Origin: Candidatus Hadarchaeum sp.
GTDB taxonomy: Archaea; Hadarchaeota; Hadarchaeia; Hadarchaeales; Hadarchaeaceae
DNA length: 25,163 nt
Assembly: GCF_038871235.1 (NCBI RefSeq)
Contig: NZ_JAVZIN010000015.1
Coordinates: 1 to 25,163 of the forward strand
Direction: 5' to 3'
The notes beneath the pieces were generated by a model. The model saw only the letters and a program-made list of their open reading frames with translations. It was not told the DNA's origin and ran no database searches. Every line of letters begins with the position of its first letter. Position 1 is the stretch's first letter. Positions 16,841 through 25,163 of this stretch are shown here, one piece after another. The translations under genes were made by a program, and so were the position numbers.

Positions 16841-19582
16841 CTAGGAATGCCGCGACAGCTGTTGCTCGAGGATTTTCCTTGCCCGCTTCAAAGCAGCAGC
16901 CAAATTCTCGCCCTCGGAACCGCCGCCCTGTCCCAGCTCCGGTTTGCCGCCTCCGCCTCCACCGATAACCTTCGCGGCCTCGGCAGCTATCTCCCCAGCA
17001 TCTACACCGCCTTTCACCGCTTCCTCGCCCGCCATCACTATCACCCTCGCCATGTCGGTGACTGACCCCAGAACCGCCACAAGCGACTTGTCATTCGAGA
17101 TGAGCGCGCTTCCGATCTTTATCAACTCGGTGGAACTTGCCCCTTCTATTTCATCCGAGAGGAACCGAACCCTACCGATTGGTTGTGCCCGGCTCCGGAG
17201 CTCGGCCAGCCTTAGCTCAGCAATCCTTTGGCTCAGCCTCTCCACCTCCTTCTCCGCAGCCTTCCACTCCTCAAATAACTTTTGTGTAGCTGAGGCTACC
17301 TTCTCTGGATGGACCTTCAGTATCCCGGCAACGCTGGCAAGCTGTTTCTCCAGCGACTGAACAAACTTTAGCGCCGCTTCACCGACCGCGAACTCCAGCC
17401 GTTCAATTCCATCCTGAATCCGCTCCGACCTAATGACCTTGATAAAACCAACCTCGCCTGTGCTCCTAAAGTGAGTGCCGGCGCAGGCTTGGGTGTTCCA
17501 TCCCTCTATGTCCACCACCCTGACCAGCTTACCAGGAACCACTCCACCCTGGTAGAGATCAAAACCATACTTCTGCTCCGCCTCGTTACGGTTCATCCAC
17601 TCAATCCTGACGGCCCGGTTTTGGGTGACGACCTCATTGGCCAAGCGCTCGATCTCCTGAAGGTCCTTGAGCTCAATCCTCTTATGGTGGGAGATATCCA
17701 AACGCGAGTGCTCGGTGCCTTTCTGAGCCCCCTGCTGCCAAACATGCGATCCCAGAACCCTCCGCGCCGCGCCGAGTATGATGTGGGTCCCTGTATGGTG
17801 GGCCATTAGCGCCCTCCGCCTGCTCCAATCTATTTTACCGACGACTCTCTGTCCCGGCCTGAGAACGCTGCCTTTGAACTGATGCAAAATTAAATCCCCA
17901 CCCTTCAAGACACTCTGAACCTCAGCTCTCATTCCATCGCTCTCAAGCACACCGACGTCGCTCGGCTGACCGCCACCCTCAGGATAGAAGGCAGTACGGT
18001 CCAAAATCGCAAAATTATCAACAACCCGCAGCACCTTGGCCGTGAACTCCCTCAGGTACTGATCCTCATAAAAGAGCATCTTGGTTGGTGGCAAACCCTT
18101 CAGCTTCTCCATCGGGACGGGAATGATCTGCTCAGGGACATGTCGGCTCTTGCTGTGAGACTTGGCAACTTTGATGTCAAAGTCCTCTGGGATTTCCACT
18201 CTGACGCCGAACTTGCTGGCCACCTCCTTCACTATCTCCGGCCTGAGCCCATGACTGTCGTAAAACTCGGTGAGCTTTTCCGGCGGTAGCGGCTCACCTC
18301 TAGCGCATAACTCCGCGGCGAGTCTCTCCACCAGCCTCGTCCCTCTGACGATGGCCTCCCGGTAGCGCTGCTCCTCAAGCTCAACTACTTCCAGAATGTA
18401 GCCGGAACGCTCCTTAAGTTCGGGGAACTGTCCATAAAGTGTGCCTAAGCAGAAACTCATGAGTTCCGAAAGCGGTTTCTGGATGCCCAACTTCCGGACC
18501 AGATCCAGCGTCCGTCTGAGAACCAGCCGAGAGAGATAACCCTCGCGAACGTTACTCGGAGTTATACCATCGCCAAACATGAAGGCAAGGCAGCGGAGGT
18601 GGTCGGATATGGCGTAGATGGACTCTAGCGGTGATAACAGCCTATCCACCTCCTCAACGTCCATCTTCATCCTCTCGGCAACTTTCAAACGCAACTGCCT
18701 GAGTTCCCTTCCACCCTCAATGTCGATGAGACCGGCGAGTCTAGAGTTTTCCTGCAGCAATTCTGCGGGAGGCATGGTTACACCCGCAAGCTGGGATAAA
18801 TGCTCAATCATTGGGGAAAAGACAGCCTCGTAGCTGGAGGGGCTGCCCTGCGACAACCAGGTCAGGCGCTCCATTCCATAACCGGTGTCCACTATTTTCA
18901 GGGGCAGGGGACGATATTTCCCACCCTCACCGGCATAATGCATGAAGACGAGCGTGGCCACCTCAAGTCCACGCACGACCACCTCAAAATCCTCACCGGC
19001 ATTCCCTCCTCCCTCCCAGACATCTTGGACATAGGAGATTTCACCGGGTTTTATTCCGAGTTCATCGGTGAGGAATTGGTGACAGAGCTCGACCGTTTCG
19101 TCCGTCCAGTAAATCCTCTGTCGCCTTGAGTTGAAGGCATGGTGGCCGCCCATGAAGAAAAGGGTCAAATGACGCCCGGAACGGCCCACGTTATCGATAT
19201 CCTTAAGGCGAATGCTCGGCTGGCTCACCACCAGAGGATTCGCCGGCGGAGGAACCAGGCCGCTGGTGACCCAAGGTTGAAAGTCCGCAATCGAAGCTAT
19301 CGTCAGGAAGATGTCATCGCGCCACCGGGAAACAACGGGATATCTCTTGATGATCTTATGACCATGCTTCTCAAAGAACTTGAGAAAAGTTCTCTCCATC
19401 TCAGCCAGTGTATACTTTCGCTTTGTCGGCGGGTTCCCGATAAAAGAATACTCATCGCAGGGGGTGTCCCCACAGGTGCTGCGGCCTGGGTCCGACGTCC
19501 AAAATAGCCTGCCGCACTTGGGGCACTTCTTCCGCTCGAAGCCCTTTTGCTTGAAGAGCCTTACCTGATAGATGTCCTTCAC
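16841..19582 (-). CDS. alaS: Alanine--tRNA ligase, archaeal full-length type
   Basis: N-terminal CPKC...CGDTPC, RYPVVSRWRDD, IASIADFQP, DTGYGMER, FYPEGGGQ, editing HHTGTH and CAGTH, C-Ala GGGGGGK. Confidence 0.98.
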   Translation of the reverse strand: MKDIYQVRLFKQKGFERKKCPKCGRLFWTSDPGRSTCGDTPCDEYSFIGNPPTKRKYTLAEMERTFLKFFEKHGHKIIKRYPVVSRWRDDIFLTIASIADFQPWVTSGLVPPPANPLVVSQPSIRLKDIDNVGRSGRHLTLFFMGGHHAFNSRRQRIYWTDETVELCHQFLTDELGIKPGEISYVQDVWEGGGNAGEDFEVVVRGLEVATLVFMHYAGEGGKYRPLPLKIVDTGYGMERLTWLSQGSPSSYEAVFSPMIEHLSQLAGVTMPPAELLQENSRLAGLIDIEGGRELRQLRLKVAERMKMDVEEVDRLLSPLESIYAISDHLRCLAFMFGDGITPSNVREGYLSRLVLRRTLDLVRKLGIQKPLSELMSFCLGTLYGQFPELKERSGYILEVVELEEQRYREAIVRGTRLVERLAAELCARGEPLPPEKLTEFYDSHGLRPEIVKEVASKFGVRVEIPEDFDIKVAKSHSKSRHVPEQIIPVPMEKLKGLPPTKMLFYEDQYLREFTAKVLRVVDNFAILDRTAFYPEGGGQPSDVGVLESDGMRAEVQSVLKGGDLILHQFKGSVLRPGQRVVGKIDWSRRRALMAHHTGTHIILGAARRVLGSHVWQQGAQKGTEHSRLDISHHKRIELKDLQEIERLANEVVTQNRAVRIEWMNRNEAEQKYGFDLYQGGVVPGKLVRVVDIEGWNTQACAGTHFRSTGEVGFIKVIRSERIQDGIERLEFAVGEAALKFVQSLEKQLASVAGILKVHPEKVASATQKLFEEWKAAEKEVERLSQRIAELRLAELRSRAQPIGRVRFLSDEIEGASSTELIKIGSALISNDKSLVAVLGSVTDMARVIVMAGEEAVKGGVDAGEIAAEAAKVIGGGGGGKPELGQGGGSEGENLAAALKRARKILEQQLSRHS

Positions 19583-19616
19583 AGCACCACTCCGTCAAGC
19601 AAATATCGGTGACAAA

Positions 19617-19624
19617 GTTTAAAG
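19617..19624 (-). promoter_or_regulatory. Probable TATA box of alaS
   Basis: CTTTAAAC about 34 nt upstream of GTG 19582. Confidence 0.5.
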
Positions 19625-19702
19625 TCTTCTCCGACCGGGTCTGGAACCTAATCCAACCTGCGCCTGAATCTTCTGAACAACTGCCAAGATGTGGACAAAA
19701 CT

Positions 19703-20005
19703 TTAGCCGAACAGCGCGCCAAGTCCAGCCAGAGCTTCCTCTTCCTTCTTTTCCTCGACTTTCTCCTCTTTCTTCTTCTCTTCTGCCTTGGCCGGAGCGG
19801 CGGGAGCAGTAGGTGCTGCAATCGCAGGTACGGCCGCGCTCTTGATCGCCTCGTCGATGTTGACGCCCTCGAGCGCTGCGACCATGGCCTTGACCCTGGC
19901 CTCATCAACCTGCAACCCTGCAGCCGCTATTACCTTCTTCAGGTTTTCCTCGCTGATAGGTTGTTTAGCGCTGTGCAGCAGCAGAACTGCGTGAACGTAT
20001 TCCAT
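19703..20005 (-). CDS. rpl12: 50S ribosomal stalk protein P1 (archaeal L12)
   Basis: Start reassigned to ATG 20005: [11 protein letters not shown], Ala/Pro hinge, acidic tail, GLGALFG end. Confidence 0.97.
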   Translation of the reverse strand: MEYVHAVLLLHSAKQPISEENLKKVIAAAGLQVDEARVKAMVAALEGVNIDEAIKSAAVPAIAAPTAPAAPAKAEEKKKEEKVEEKKEEEALAGLGALFG

Positions 20006-20036
20006 TTTCAAACCCCTTTTTCTTTGTGCACACACC

Positions 20037-20044
20037 AATATAAA
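20037..20044 (-). promoter_or_regulatory. Probable internal TATA box for rpl12
   Basis: TTTATATT about 31 nt upstream of ATG 20005, within the 97-nt rpl10-rpl12 gap. Confidence 0.55.
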
Positions 20045-20102
20045 TTGTTGCCTATTGGTCCTGCCCCTAGGTAGAAAGATACCTTGATTTCGTGTGACTG
20101 GA

Positions 20103-21032
20103 TCAGGCAGCGGGGATCGCGCTCAGCCCCAAAGCATTTCTCAGCTCTTCGTCCAGCGCCTGAGAATTTCTGCTCCCAATTGCCGCGGCCAGACCTCGCA
20201 TCTCAGCATTAGCCTTCGCCAGCAACAGAGGCAAGACCTCGGTCACCGGCAGGCAGGCGTTTATGGCCAGATTCTGAGCAGCGATGTTGGCCTTGACTAT
20301 CATCAGCCCTATGGTGAGCGCGGTCGGGTAGTTTATGTTCAGGGCCAAGTTGAAAGCGTTCAAGCTGCCGAGCTTTAGCTGCTCCAAGGTCTTCTTTTCG
20401 TCGATTTCTAAGGCCTCACCGGCAAAGATCATGCCTTTCTCATAAGCAGCGCGAAGTTTAAGGCCGAGCTCAAGAGGCATGATGCCGAACTTTGGTAAGA
20501 CATCAGCTATTTCCTTCGAGATCGTGTCACCGGCCTTGAGAAGATGACAGTCCTCTAAAATCACCACCTTGCCCGCCTGGATGCGTGCTTTTATTCCAAC
20601 GCGTTGTAGCTCACCCACCACTGGCCCCGGGGAAAAGTCGGTTTCGCCAGCGGGGATGACGACGTCCTTCATCGCCTTGGCTCCCGGTTTGGCTGGTGCA
20701 CTGATCTTGCTGTCGCGCAACAGCTTGCTCAGCTTGAAGGGATTCATCTCGGTGAAAATTACTCCCGTCTGTCCACGAAGAAAAGAAGTCAGCTCGCTCA
20801 GCTTCGGATCCTTTGTCTTCGACATTTCCCTAACCGCTAGGGAAACCAAGGTGTTTTTGGCAACGACGATCTCGGCCTGTCCCTTCAGTCTCTGCCGCAT
20901 CTGCTGAAACTGGCTGGCGGGAAGGTCCGCGATATCGAGAACTCCTATGACGGGATACCTCTCAATCAGCTTCTTTAGCTCGGCGACGACCTCTTGCTTC
21001 CACGCTGGAATCTCGGTCTTTCTCTCCCTCAT
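20103..21032 (-). CDS. rpl10: 50S ribosomal protein uL10 (P0), lacking the acidic C-terminal tail
   Basis: [34 protein letters not shown], and three P1-binding-type helices. Confidence 0.97.
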   Translation of the reverse strand: MRERKTEIPAWKQEVVAELKKLIERYPVIGVLDIADLPASQFQQMRQRLKGQAEIVVAKNTLVSLAVREMSKTKDPKLSELTSFLRGQTGVIFTEMNPFKLSKLLRDSKISAPAKPGAKAMKDVVIPAGETDFSPGPVVGELQRVGIKARIQAGKVVILEDCHLLKAGDTISKEIADVLPKFGIMPLELGLKLRAAYEKGMIFAGEALEIDEKKTLEQLKLGSLNAFNLALNINYPTALTIGLMIVKANIAAQNLAINACLPVTEVLPLLLAKANAEMRGLAAAIGSRNSQALDEELRNALGLSAIPAA

Positions 21033-21685
21033 GCCTGTACCTCCAGCTCAACCGGCTTTCCCATCGTGGTCTTTATTTTCACCGAAGAAATTTTGGAAAG
21101 GTCTCCGCCGAGTTTTCTTTCCACTGCTTCCAGAACTGCCTTGGCGTTCGCGGCGATATCCTCATCGCTCATGGACTCAACTCCAATCTTGGCGTTTATC
21201 GCCAGTTGCTCTTTGGTCGCGATTCTCACGCTTTTCTTCAGCCTCTCGATGATCGGGGCGGGGTCAGCCGTCGGGGGGATGGGCTTCGGCATCTTGCCCC
21301 TGGTACCCAGCACCGGACCCAAGGCCTTCCCAATTAAAATCATTAAATCTGCCTGGGCAATTGAAAAATCAAAACTCTCCGCGAGCTTCTTAACCTGCTT
21401 TCGATCTTTCTGCAGCTCCGAGATCTCTTCTCTCCCCAAGACTCGAACGGCACCGGCTTCGCGCGCCCTGCGGGCAAGTTCGCCATCGGCAAAAACTATC
21501 ACCTTTTTGGGTTCTCCGGGATAGTGGGGAAGCACCACCTCTTCAACAATCTTTCCCTCTGGTTTTTTCGGGTCAATGTCCTTGAGCGCGATCTGGATTT
21601 CAAAGGACTGGCTGAACTTTCTCTTGGGGCTGGCAGACCTTGCCATCTGCACCGCGCTTAAAAGATCCTTGGCCTTTTCCGCCAT
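21029..21685 (-). CDS. rpl1: 50S ribosomal protein uL1
   Basis: RKFSQSFE, LPH, LGPVLGTRGKMPKP, KTTMG. Confidence 0.97.
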   Translation of the reverse strand: MAEKAKDLLSAVQMARSASPKRKFSQSFEIQIALKDIDPKKPEGKIVEEVVLPHYPGEPKKVIVFADGELARRAREAGAVRVLGREEISELQKDRKQVKKLAESFDFSIAQADLMILIGKALGPVLGTRGKMPKPIPPTADPAPIIERLKKSVRIATKEQLAINAKIGVESMSDEDIAANAKAVLEAVERKLGGDLSKISSVKIKTTMGKPVELEVQA

Positions 21686-22162
21686 TCACTTCAACTCCTC
21701 TTCATGTTTTCCCTCATCGATCTCCCTTTGAACTTCCTTAGCGCTCTTCCCGTCCACCGTCACGCCGAGGCTCACACAGGTCCCAAGAACCTCTTTGACC
21801 GCAGATCTCAGGGTCTTGGCCAAGCTGGTTCCTGACTTCAGCTTGGCTATTTTTACGACCTGCGCCAAGCTGAGATTCCCGACCACCTCGCTCCCAGGTG
21901 TCTTGGCACCCTTTTCCAGCCCCAGCTCCTTCTTTATCAGGGCTGCGGTCGGTGGTGATCCCACTTCGATTGAGAATTCCTTAGTCTTCTTTTTCACCAC
22001 TACCGTGACCGGAACTTTCATACCAGCAAAAGAGCTAGTAGCTTCATTTATCTTGGCGACGACCTGCGCCACGTTGACCCCTAGAGGACCCAAGGCTGGA
22101 CCCAGGGGTGGTCCGGGGTTCGCCTTGCCCCCTTCCACCATGACTTTCACTCTGGACTCCAT
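21686..22162 (-). CDS. rpl11: 50S ribosomal protein uL11
   Basis: [37 protein letters not shown]. Confidence 0.97.
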   Translation of the reverse strand: MESRVKVMVEGGKANPGPPLGPALGPLGVNVAQVVAKINEATSSFAGMKVPVTVVVKKKTKEFSIEVGSPPTAALIKKELGLEKGAKTPGSEVVGNLSLAQVVKIAKLKSGTSLAKTLRSAVKEVLGTCVSLGVTVDGKSAKEVQREIDEGKHEEELK

Positions 22163-22212
22163 AACACAACCCCAAATCGACTGAACGTTCCCTCAAAAAT
22201 AAGCCTTGAACG

Positions 22213-22220
22213 TTAAAAAC
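22213..22220 (-). promoter_or_regulatory. Probable TATA box of the rpl11-rpl1-rpl10 unit
   Basis: GTTTTTAA about 50 nt upstream of ATG 22162. Confidence 0.45.
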
Positions 22221-22277
22221 ACTATTGTTTGACACCCCACTAATTTCCGCAAGCAATTGTCTATTCACCCAATACTG

Positions 22278-22568
22278 CTAAGTCAAAACTTCCAGCTTGC
22301 CGTAAATGCCGGAGCTGACGTGTATCTCGCCGCGGAAGAGCCTTGAGTAGCCGTTGGTTATCTTAATTCTGCTGCCAACCTTAACCCGGTCAACGTCGGC
22401 ATCCCACAGCGAGATCTTTATCCGCCCGGACTCATCCTCACCGGTGGCGGTGGCAACACGGCCCTCCCTGCCATCCCTTCTGGTATACGGCCTGGGCTCC
22501 TCCATCTCGACCACAGTCAGCTCCAGATCAATGCGCCTCATATCAGGCTTCACTTCACTTGCTTTCAC
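22278..22568 (-). CDS. Single OB-fold single-stranded nucleic-acid-binding protein (archaeal SSB/RPA-like)
   Basis: M-K-x-S-E-V-K-P start, RRDGREGRVA, DESGRIKISLWD, IKITNGY, GIYGKL match the archaeal SSB/RPA OB pattern. GTG start overlaps the spt5 3' end by 14 nt. Confidence 0.85.
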   Translation of the reverse strand: MKASEVKPDMRRIDLELTVVEMEEPRPYTRRDGREGRVATATGEDESGRIKISLWDADVDRVKVGSRIKITNGYSRLFRGEIHVSSGIYGKLEVLT

Positions 22569-23040
22569 CTTCTTCCTCCTTCTCCTTCTTCTGCAGAATC
22601 TTTACCGAGTCCCCGCGAACGGTCACCGGGATGGGAACGGTTGCCTCAAAGAGTTCCACCGTTATCTCCTCCTTTCCCTCATCAACCCTAATTATCCTAG
22701 CACGCTCGCCACGGAAGGGTCCGGAAATCAGCTCTACGATGTCGCCGATCTCCATACCAACAACGGCTGTCTTTGGGATCAAGAACTGCTCTATCTGAGT
22801 AATGGGAACCTCTCCAGCCACCATGCCCTTCCCATGTTTTATTCCCATCCGAGCCCGCTCGATGGTCGTCTTCCCCACCGCCTCCACGAAGATATATCCC
22901 CTGATGCCGGTAGGAGCAAGCACCACCTTAATCGGTAGCTTGAAATTCTTCGCCCGGGATGCGACCATGTCGGCGGTGTTTCTTTCCTGACCGATCGTCG
23001 TCCTGATGGCAAATATGGCTGGCTTTTGCGGCTCCTCCAT
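22555..23040 (-). CDS. spt5: Transcription elongation factor Spt5 (NusG family)
   Basis: IFAIRTTIGQE, RGYIFVE (NGN domain); GDIVELISGPFRGERARI (KOW domain). Confidence 0.97.
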   Translation of the reverse strand: MEEPQKPAIFAIRTTIGQERNTADMVASRAKNFKLPIKVVLAPTGIRGYIFVEAVGKTTIERARMGIKHGKGMVAGEVPITQIEQFLIPKTAVVGMEIGDIVELISGPFRGERARIIRVDEGKEEITVELFEATVPIPVTVRGDSVKILQKKEKEEEGESK

Positions 23041-23050
23041 AGTTCCCCCC

Positions 23051-23221
23051 TCAAGTTAACATTCCCTGAATAAAATAGCTGATTAGCATGATGACAAAAC
23101 CGACCAGCCCGATCAACAGGATACCTAAACCGGCTACCTTGGCAACCTGTAAGTATTCCTCCTGATCTGGTTTCCTCGCTACCGCAATTACCCGCTTGGC
23201 CTCGTGAAGAAACTTGCGCAT
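23051..23221 (-). CDS. secE: Protein translocase subunit SecE (Sec61 gamma), 56 aa
   Basis: Below the ORF-track cutoff. Hand translation: [59 protein letters not shown] overlaps the ftsZ TAA (TAATG); expected position between ftsZ and spt5. Confidence 0.95.
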   Translation of the reverse strand: MRKFLHEAKRVIAVARKPDQEEYLQVAKVAGLGILLIGLVGFVIMLISYFIQGMLT

Positions 23222-24369
23222 TATAAGTACCCCAGTCCTAAGTCGATGGGCTCACCCGGTTTGCCCGGTTTCTCACCTACTCCAGCCACATACGGGGAAT
23301 GGACGCCGGAAAGGACGACCATCACCCTTACTGAGTTCTTCATTTCCTGAGAAATTTGCGCGCCCCAAATTACATGGGCATTAGGATCCAAGGCCTCGCT
23401 GACCTTGGCCACAATTTTCTGAGCTTCCTCAAGCGTGAAGTCTGGGCTACCCACGATGTTGATCAAGGCCCCCTTCGCACCGGTGATATCTACGTCGAGG
23501 AGGGGGCTGTTAAGGGCCTCCTCAACTGCCTCCTCGCTCCTGTTGGCAACGTCGGATTCACCGATACCGATCATGGCCACACCGCCGTCCTTTAACACCG
23601 TGCGCACATCAGCGAAGTCCAGATTAATCAGACCCGGTAGCGTTATCATCTCAGTGATTCCTTTTATCGCATCTATCAACAATTGATCCGCCACCTTGAA
23701 CGCCGCGCCTATTGGGAGATCCGGTGCCAGCTGCATCAACTTGTCGTTGGGTATTACCACCACGGTGTCTGAAACAGCTCGTAACTTTGCCAAACCCATT
23801 TCCGCGTTACGTCTTCTCCTAGTTCCCTCAACGGTAAAGGGCAGTGTGACGACTGAAACGGTGAGCGAGCCAAGTTTTTTGGCGATTTCGGCTACCACGG
23901 GCGCTGAACCAGTTCCCGTGCCTCCTCCCAAACCACACGTGACAAAAACTAGGTCAGCACCGTAAATGTGGTCCTTTATGACTGCCTCGTCCTCCCTTGC
24001 CGCAGCTTCGCCCCTCTCAGGGTCGTTTCCAGCGCCAAGACCACCGGTTATGTCCTTACCGATCAGTATTTTTCGGTCGGCCGTTGTATACAGAAGATCT
24101 TGGGCGTCGGTGTTTATCGCTATGGTCTGGGCACCGCGGATGCCGACCCCCATCATGCGCGATATTGTGTTACAGCCAGCTCCACCGCACCCAACGGCAA
24201 TTATCCTCGCCTTGGCACGTTGAAGAATTTGCTCCAACTCCTCGGTGGTGACCGTCTTCGCCTCACTGCTCTTGGGTTTCTCCGGCGTTGCGAGAACAGC
24301 CTTAGTTAGGGGGGAAAACCCTGTTTCCGGCGTGAACACCGCATTCTCGATTCTGGTCAAACCATTCAC
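23221..24369 (-). CDS. ftsZ: Cell division protein FtsZ (FtsZ1-type by gene context)
   Basis: [46 protein letters not shown]. Confidence 0.98.
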   Translation of the reverse strand: MNGLTRIENAVFTPETGFSPLTKAVLATPEKPKSSEAKTVTTEELEQILQRAKARIIAVGCGGAGCNTISRMMGVGIRGAQTIAINTDAQDLLYTTADRKILIGKDITGGLGAGNDPERGEAAAREDEAVIKDHIYGADLVFVTCGLGGGTGTGSAPVVAEIAKKLGSLTVSVVTLPFTVEGTRRRRNAEMGLAKLRAVSDTVVVIPNDKLMQLAPDLPIGAAFKVADQLLIDAIKGITEMITLPGLINLDFADVRTVLKDGGVAMIGIGESDVANRSEEAVEEALNSPLLDVDITGAKGALINIVGSPDFTLEEAQKIVAKVSEALDPNAHVIWGAQISQEMKNSVRVMVVLSGVHSPYVAGVGEKPGKPGEPIDLGLGYL

Positions 24370-24406
24370 TTCCGCTGTTTTTCGTTGTTGAGTTTCGCCC
24401 GTATCG

Positions 24407-24420
24407 ATTTAAAGCTTTTT
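24407..24420 (-). promoter_or_regulatory. Probable BRE/TATA of ftsZ overlapping the dtdA stop codon
   Basis: AAAAAGCTTTAAAT on the minus strand, about 37 nt upstream of GTG 24369. Confidence 0.5.
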
Positions 24421-25163
24421 ACGCTGGGCAATCTCACCCGCTCGTTCCACCCGAATCCCCAAAATTTCCGCCGCCCTCAGGCAGACCTTTCTCTGCAGCT
24501 CGCTCAAGCCCTTCCAGTCGAGCAGCAGCAAGTCGACACCGCCGCAGGTGCTCCGCACCGCCAGCTCCACCAACTCCTCATCAAAACTAACGTACTTGGG
24601 CAGGATGTGGCCTACGCCGACATCGGTGTTCAGCGTCACCTCGGTATGTCGCGGGGCATAATGTGGGCCGCCCAAACCCACGGCTTTCAAACACTTCACC
24701 TCGGAAGATATCGCCCGCATTATCGCGTGCGCCGCGGCCTCACCGGCCCTCTTATCAGCCCATTGCTCCGGCCTGCTGCCAATCTCAACGAAGGTTACTG
24801 GAACACCCAGCCCAGTGGGTCCGTGATGGGTGGCCTCAAGAGAAACGTCATACGGAAGTCCGAGTGATTCTACCTCCGTCTTCAAAGCGTTGAGAGCCAG
24901 CTTCATGGTCCTAGGGGCGGCCAACGCCAGCTCCCTTTTTTCAATGAAACCAGGAACATGCACGGTGAGGGAGGGTCTGCCCGTCTCACTCGCGTGCCTG
25001 GAGGCAACTATCACCTCTTCCGCATGTTGAGTCAAAGCAGTCGTCTCAGTAGATTCCTCTCTTATAATCTCCATCAGCGGTCCTCCATCCATCTGGAGAT
25101 GCCTCTCATCTGTTGTCTTTTCAAAGCCGTAGAGTTCCCGGAGCCATGAAACGATATTCATTG
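24409..25163 (-). CDS. dtdA: D-aminoacyl-tRNA deacylase, archaeal DtdA/GEK1 (DTD2) type; probably 5'-truncated by the window edge
   Basis: SRHAS, LTVHVPG, EATHHGPT, FVEIGS, GLGGPHY, HILPKY, DWK. The family normally has a short strand before 'MNI', so the true start likely lies beyond 25163. Confidence 0.93.
   Translation of the reverse strand, partial: MNIVSWLRELYGFEKTTDERHLQMDGGPLMEIIREESTETTALTQHAEEVIVASRHASETGRPSLTVHVPGFIEKRELALAAPRTMKLALNALKTEVESLGLPYDVSLEATHHGPTGLGVPVTFVEIGSRPEQWADKRAGEAAAHAIMRAISSEVKCLKAVGLGGPHYAPRHTEVTLNTDVGVGHILPKYVSFDEELVELAVRSTCGGVDLLLLDWKGLSELQRKVCLRAAEILGIRVERAGEIAQRKKL

Noticed and set aside
21610-21660. Methanococcus-type L1 autoregulatory site within early rpl1
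   Set aside because: The GGAG core is absent at the equivalent codons (CAG ATG GCA).
13902-25149. Numerous plus-strand ORFs opposite leuS, alaS, r-protein genes, ftsZ and dtdA
   Set aside because: Shadow ORFs of well-supported minus-strand genes, with no motifs or ribosome-binding sites that I could recognise.

Overview
Archaeal chromosomal window with no rRNA, tRNA, CRISPR or intact mobile element. Archaeal origin is shown by archaeal-type AlaRS and LeuRS, P0/P1 stalk proteins, Spt5, DtdA and TATA-box promoters. Assignment to a Hadarchaeota-like or other euryarchaeal lineage is only an impression. Left to right: (1) the 5' end of a COG1373-type AAA+ ATPase with palindromes around its promoter, plus a remnant of a second copy; (2) a minus-strand glycan cluster (NDP-sugar epimerase, GT2, NeuB-like, NeuA-like); (3) a yjbQ / RNase H-fold exonuclease / family-4 UDG operon; (4) a complete Dpp/Opp-type ABC importer; (5) a frameshifted, divergent hisB-like gene, DUF434, leuS and alaS; (6) the conserved dtdA-ftsZ-secE-spt5-rpl11-rpl1-rpl10-rpl12 cluster with a single-OB-fold SSB-like gene between spt5 and rpl11. 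The most striking signal is the NeuB/NeuA pair: both ORFs are intact with well-kept scaffolds, yet most catalytic and substrate-binding motifs are substituted, suggesting a co-evolved pseudoenzyme or neofunctionalised pair. Also notable: P0 lacks its acidic C-terminal tail, the peptide-type binding protein has a class III (pilin-like) signal peptide, and the HisB-like protein lacks one of its two HH metal motifs. All motif comparisons are from recalled family consensus, not database searches.
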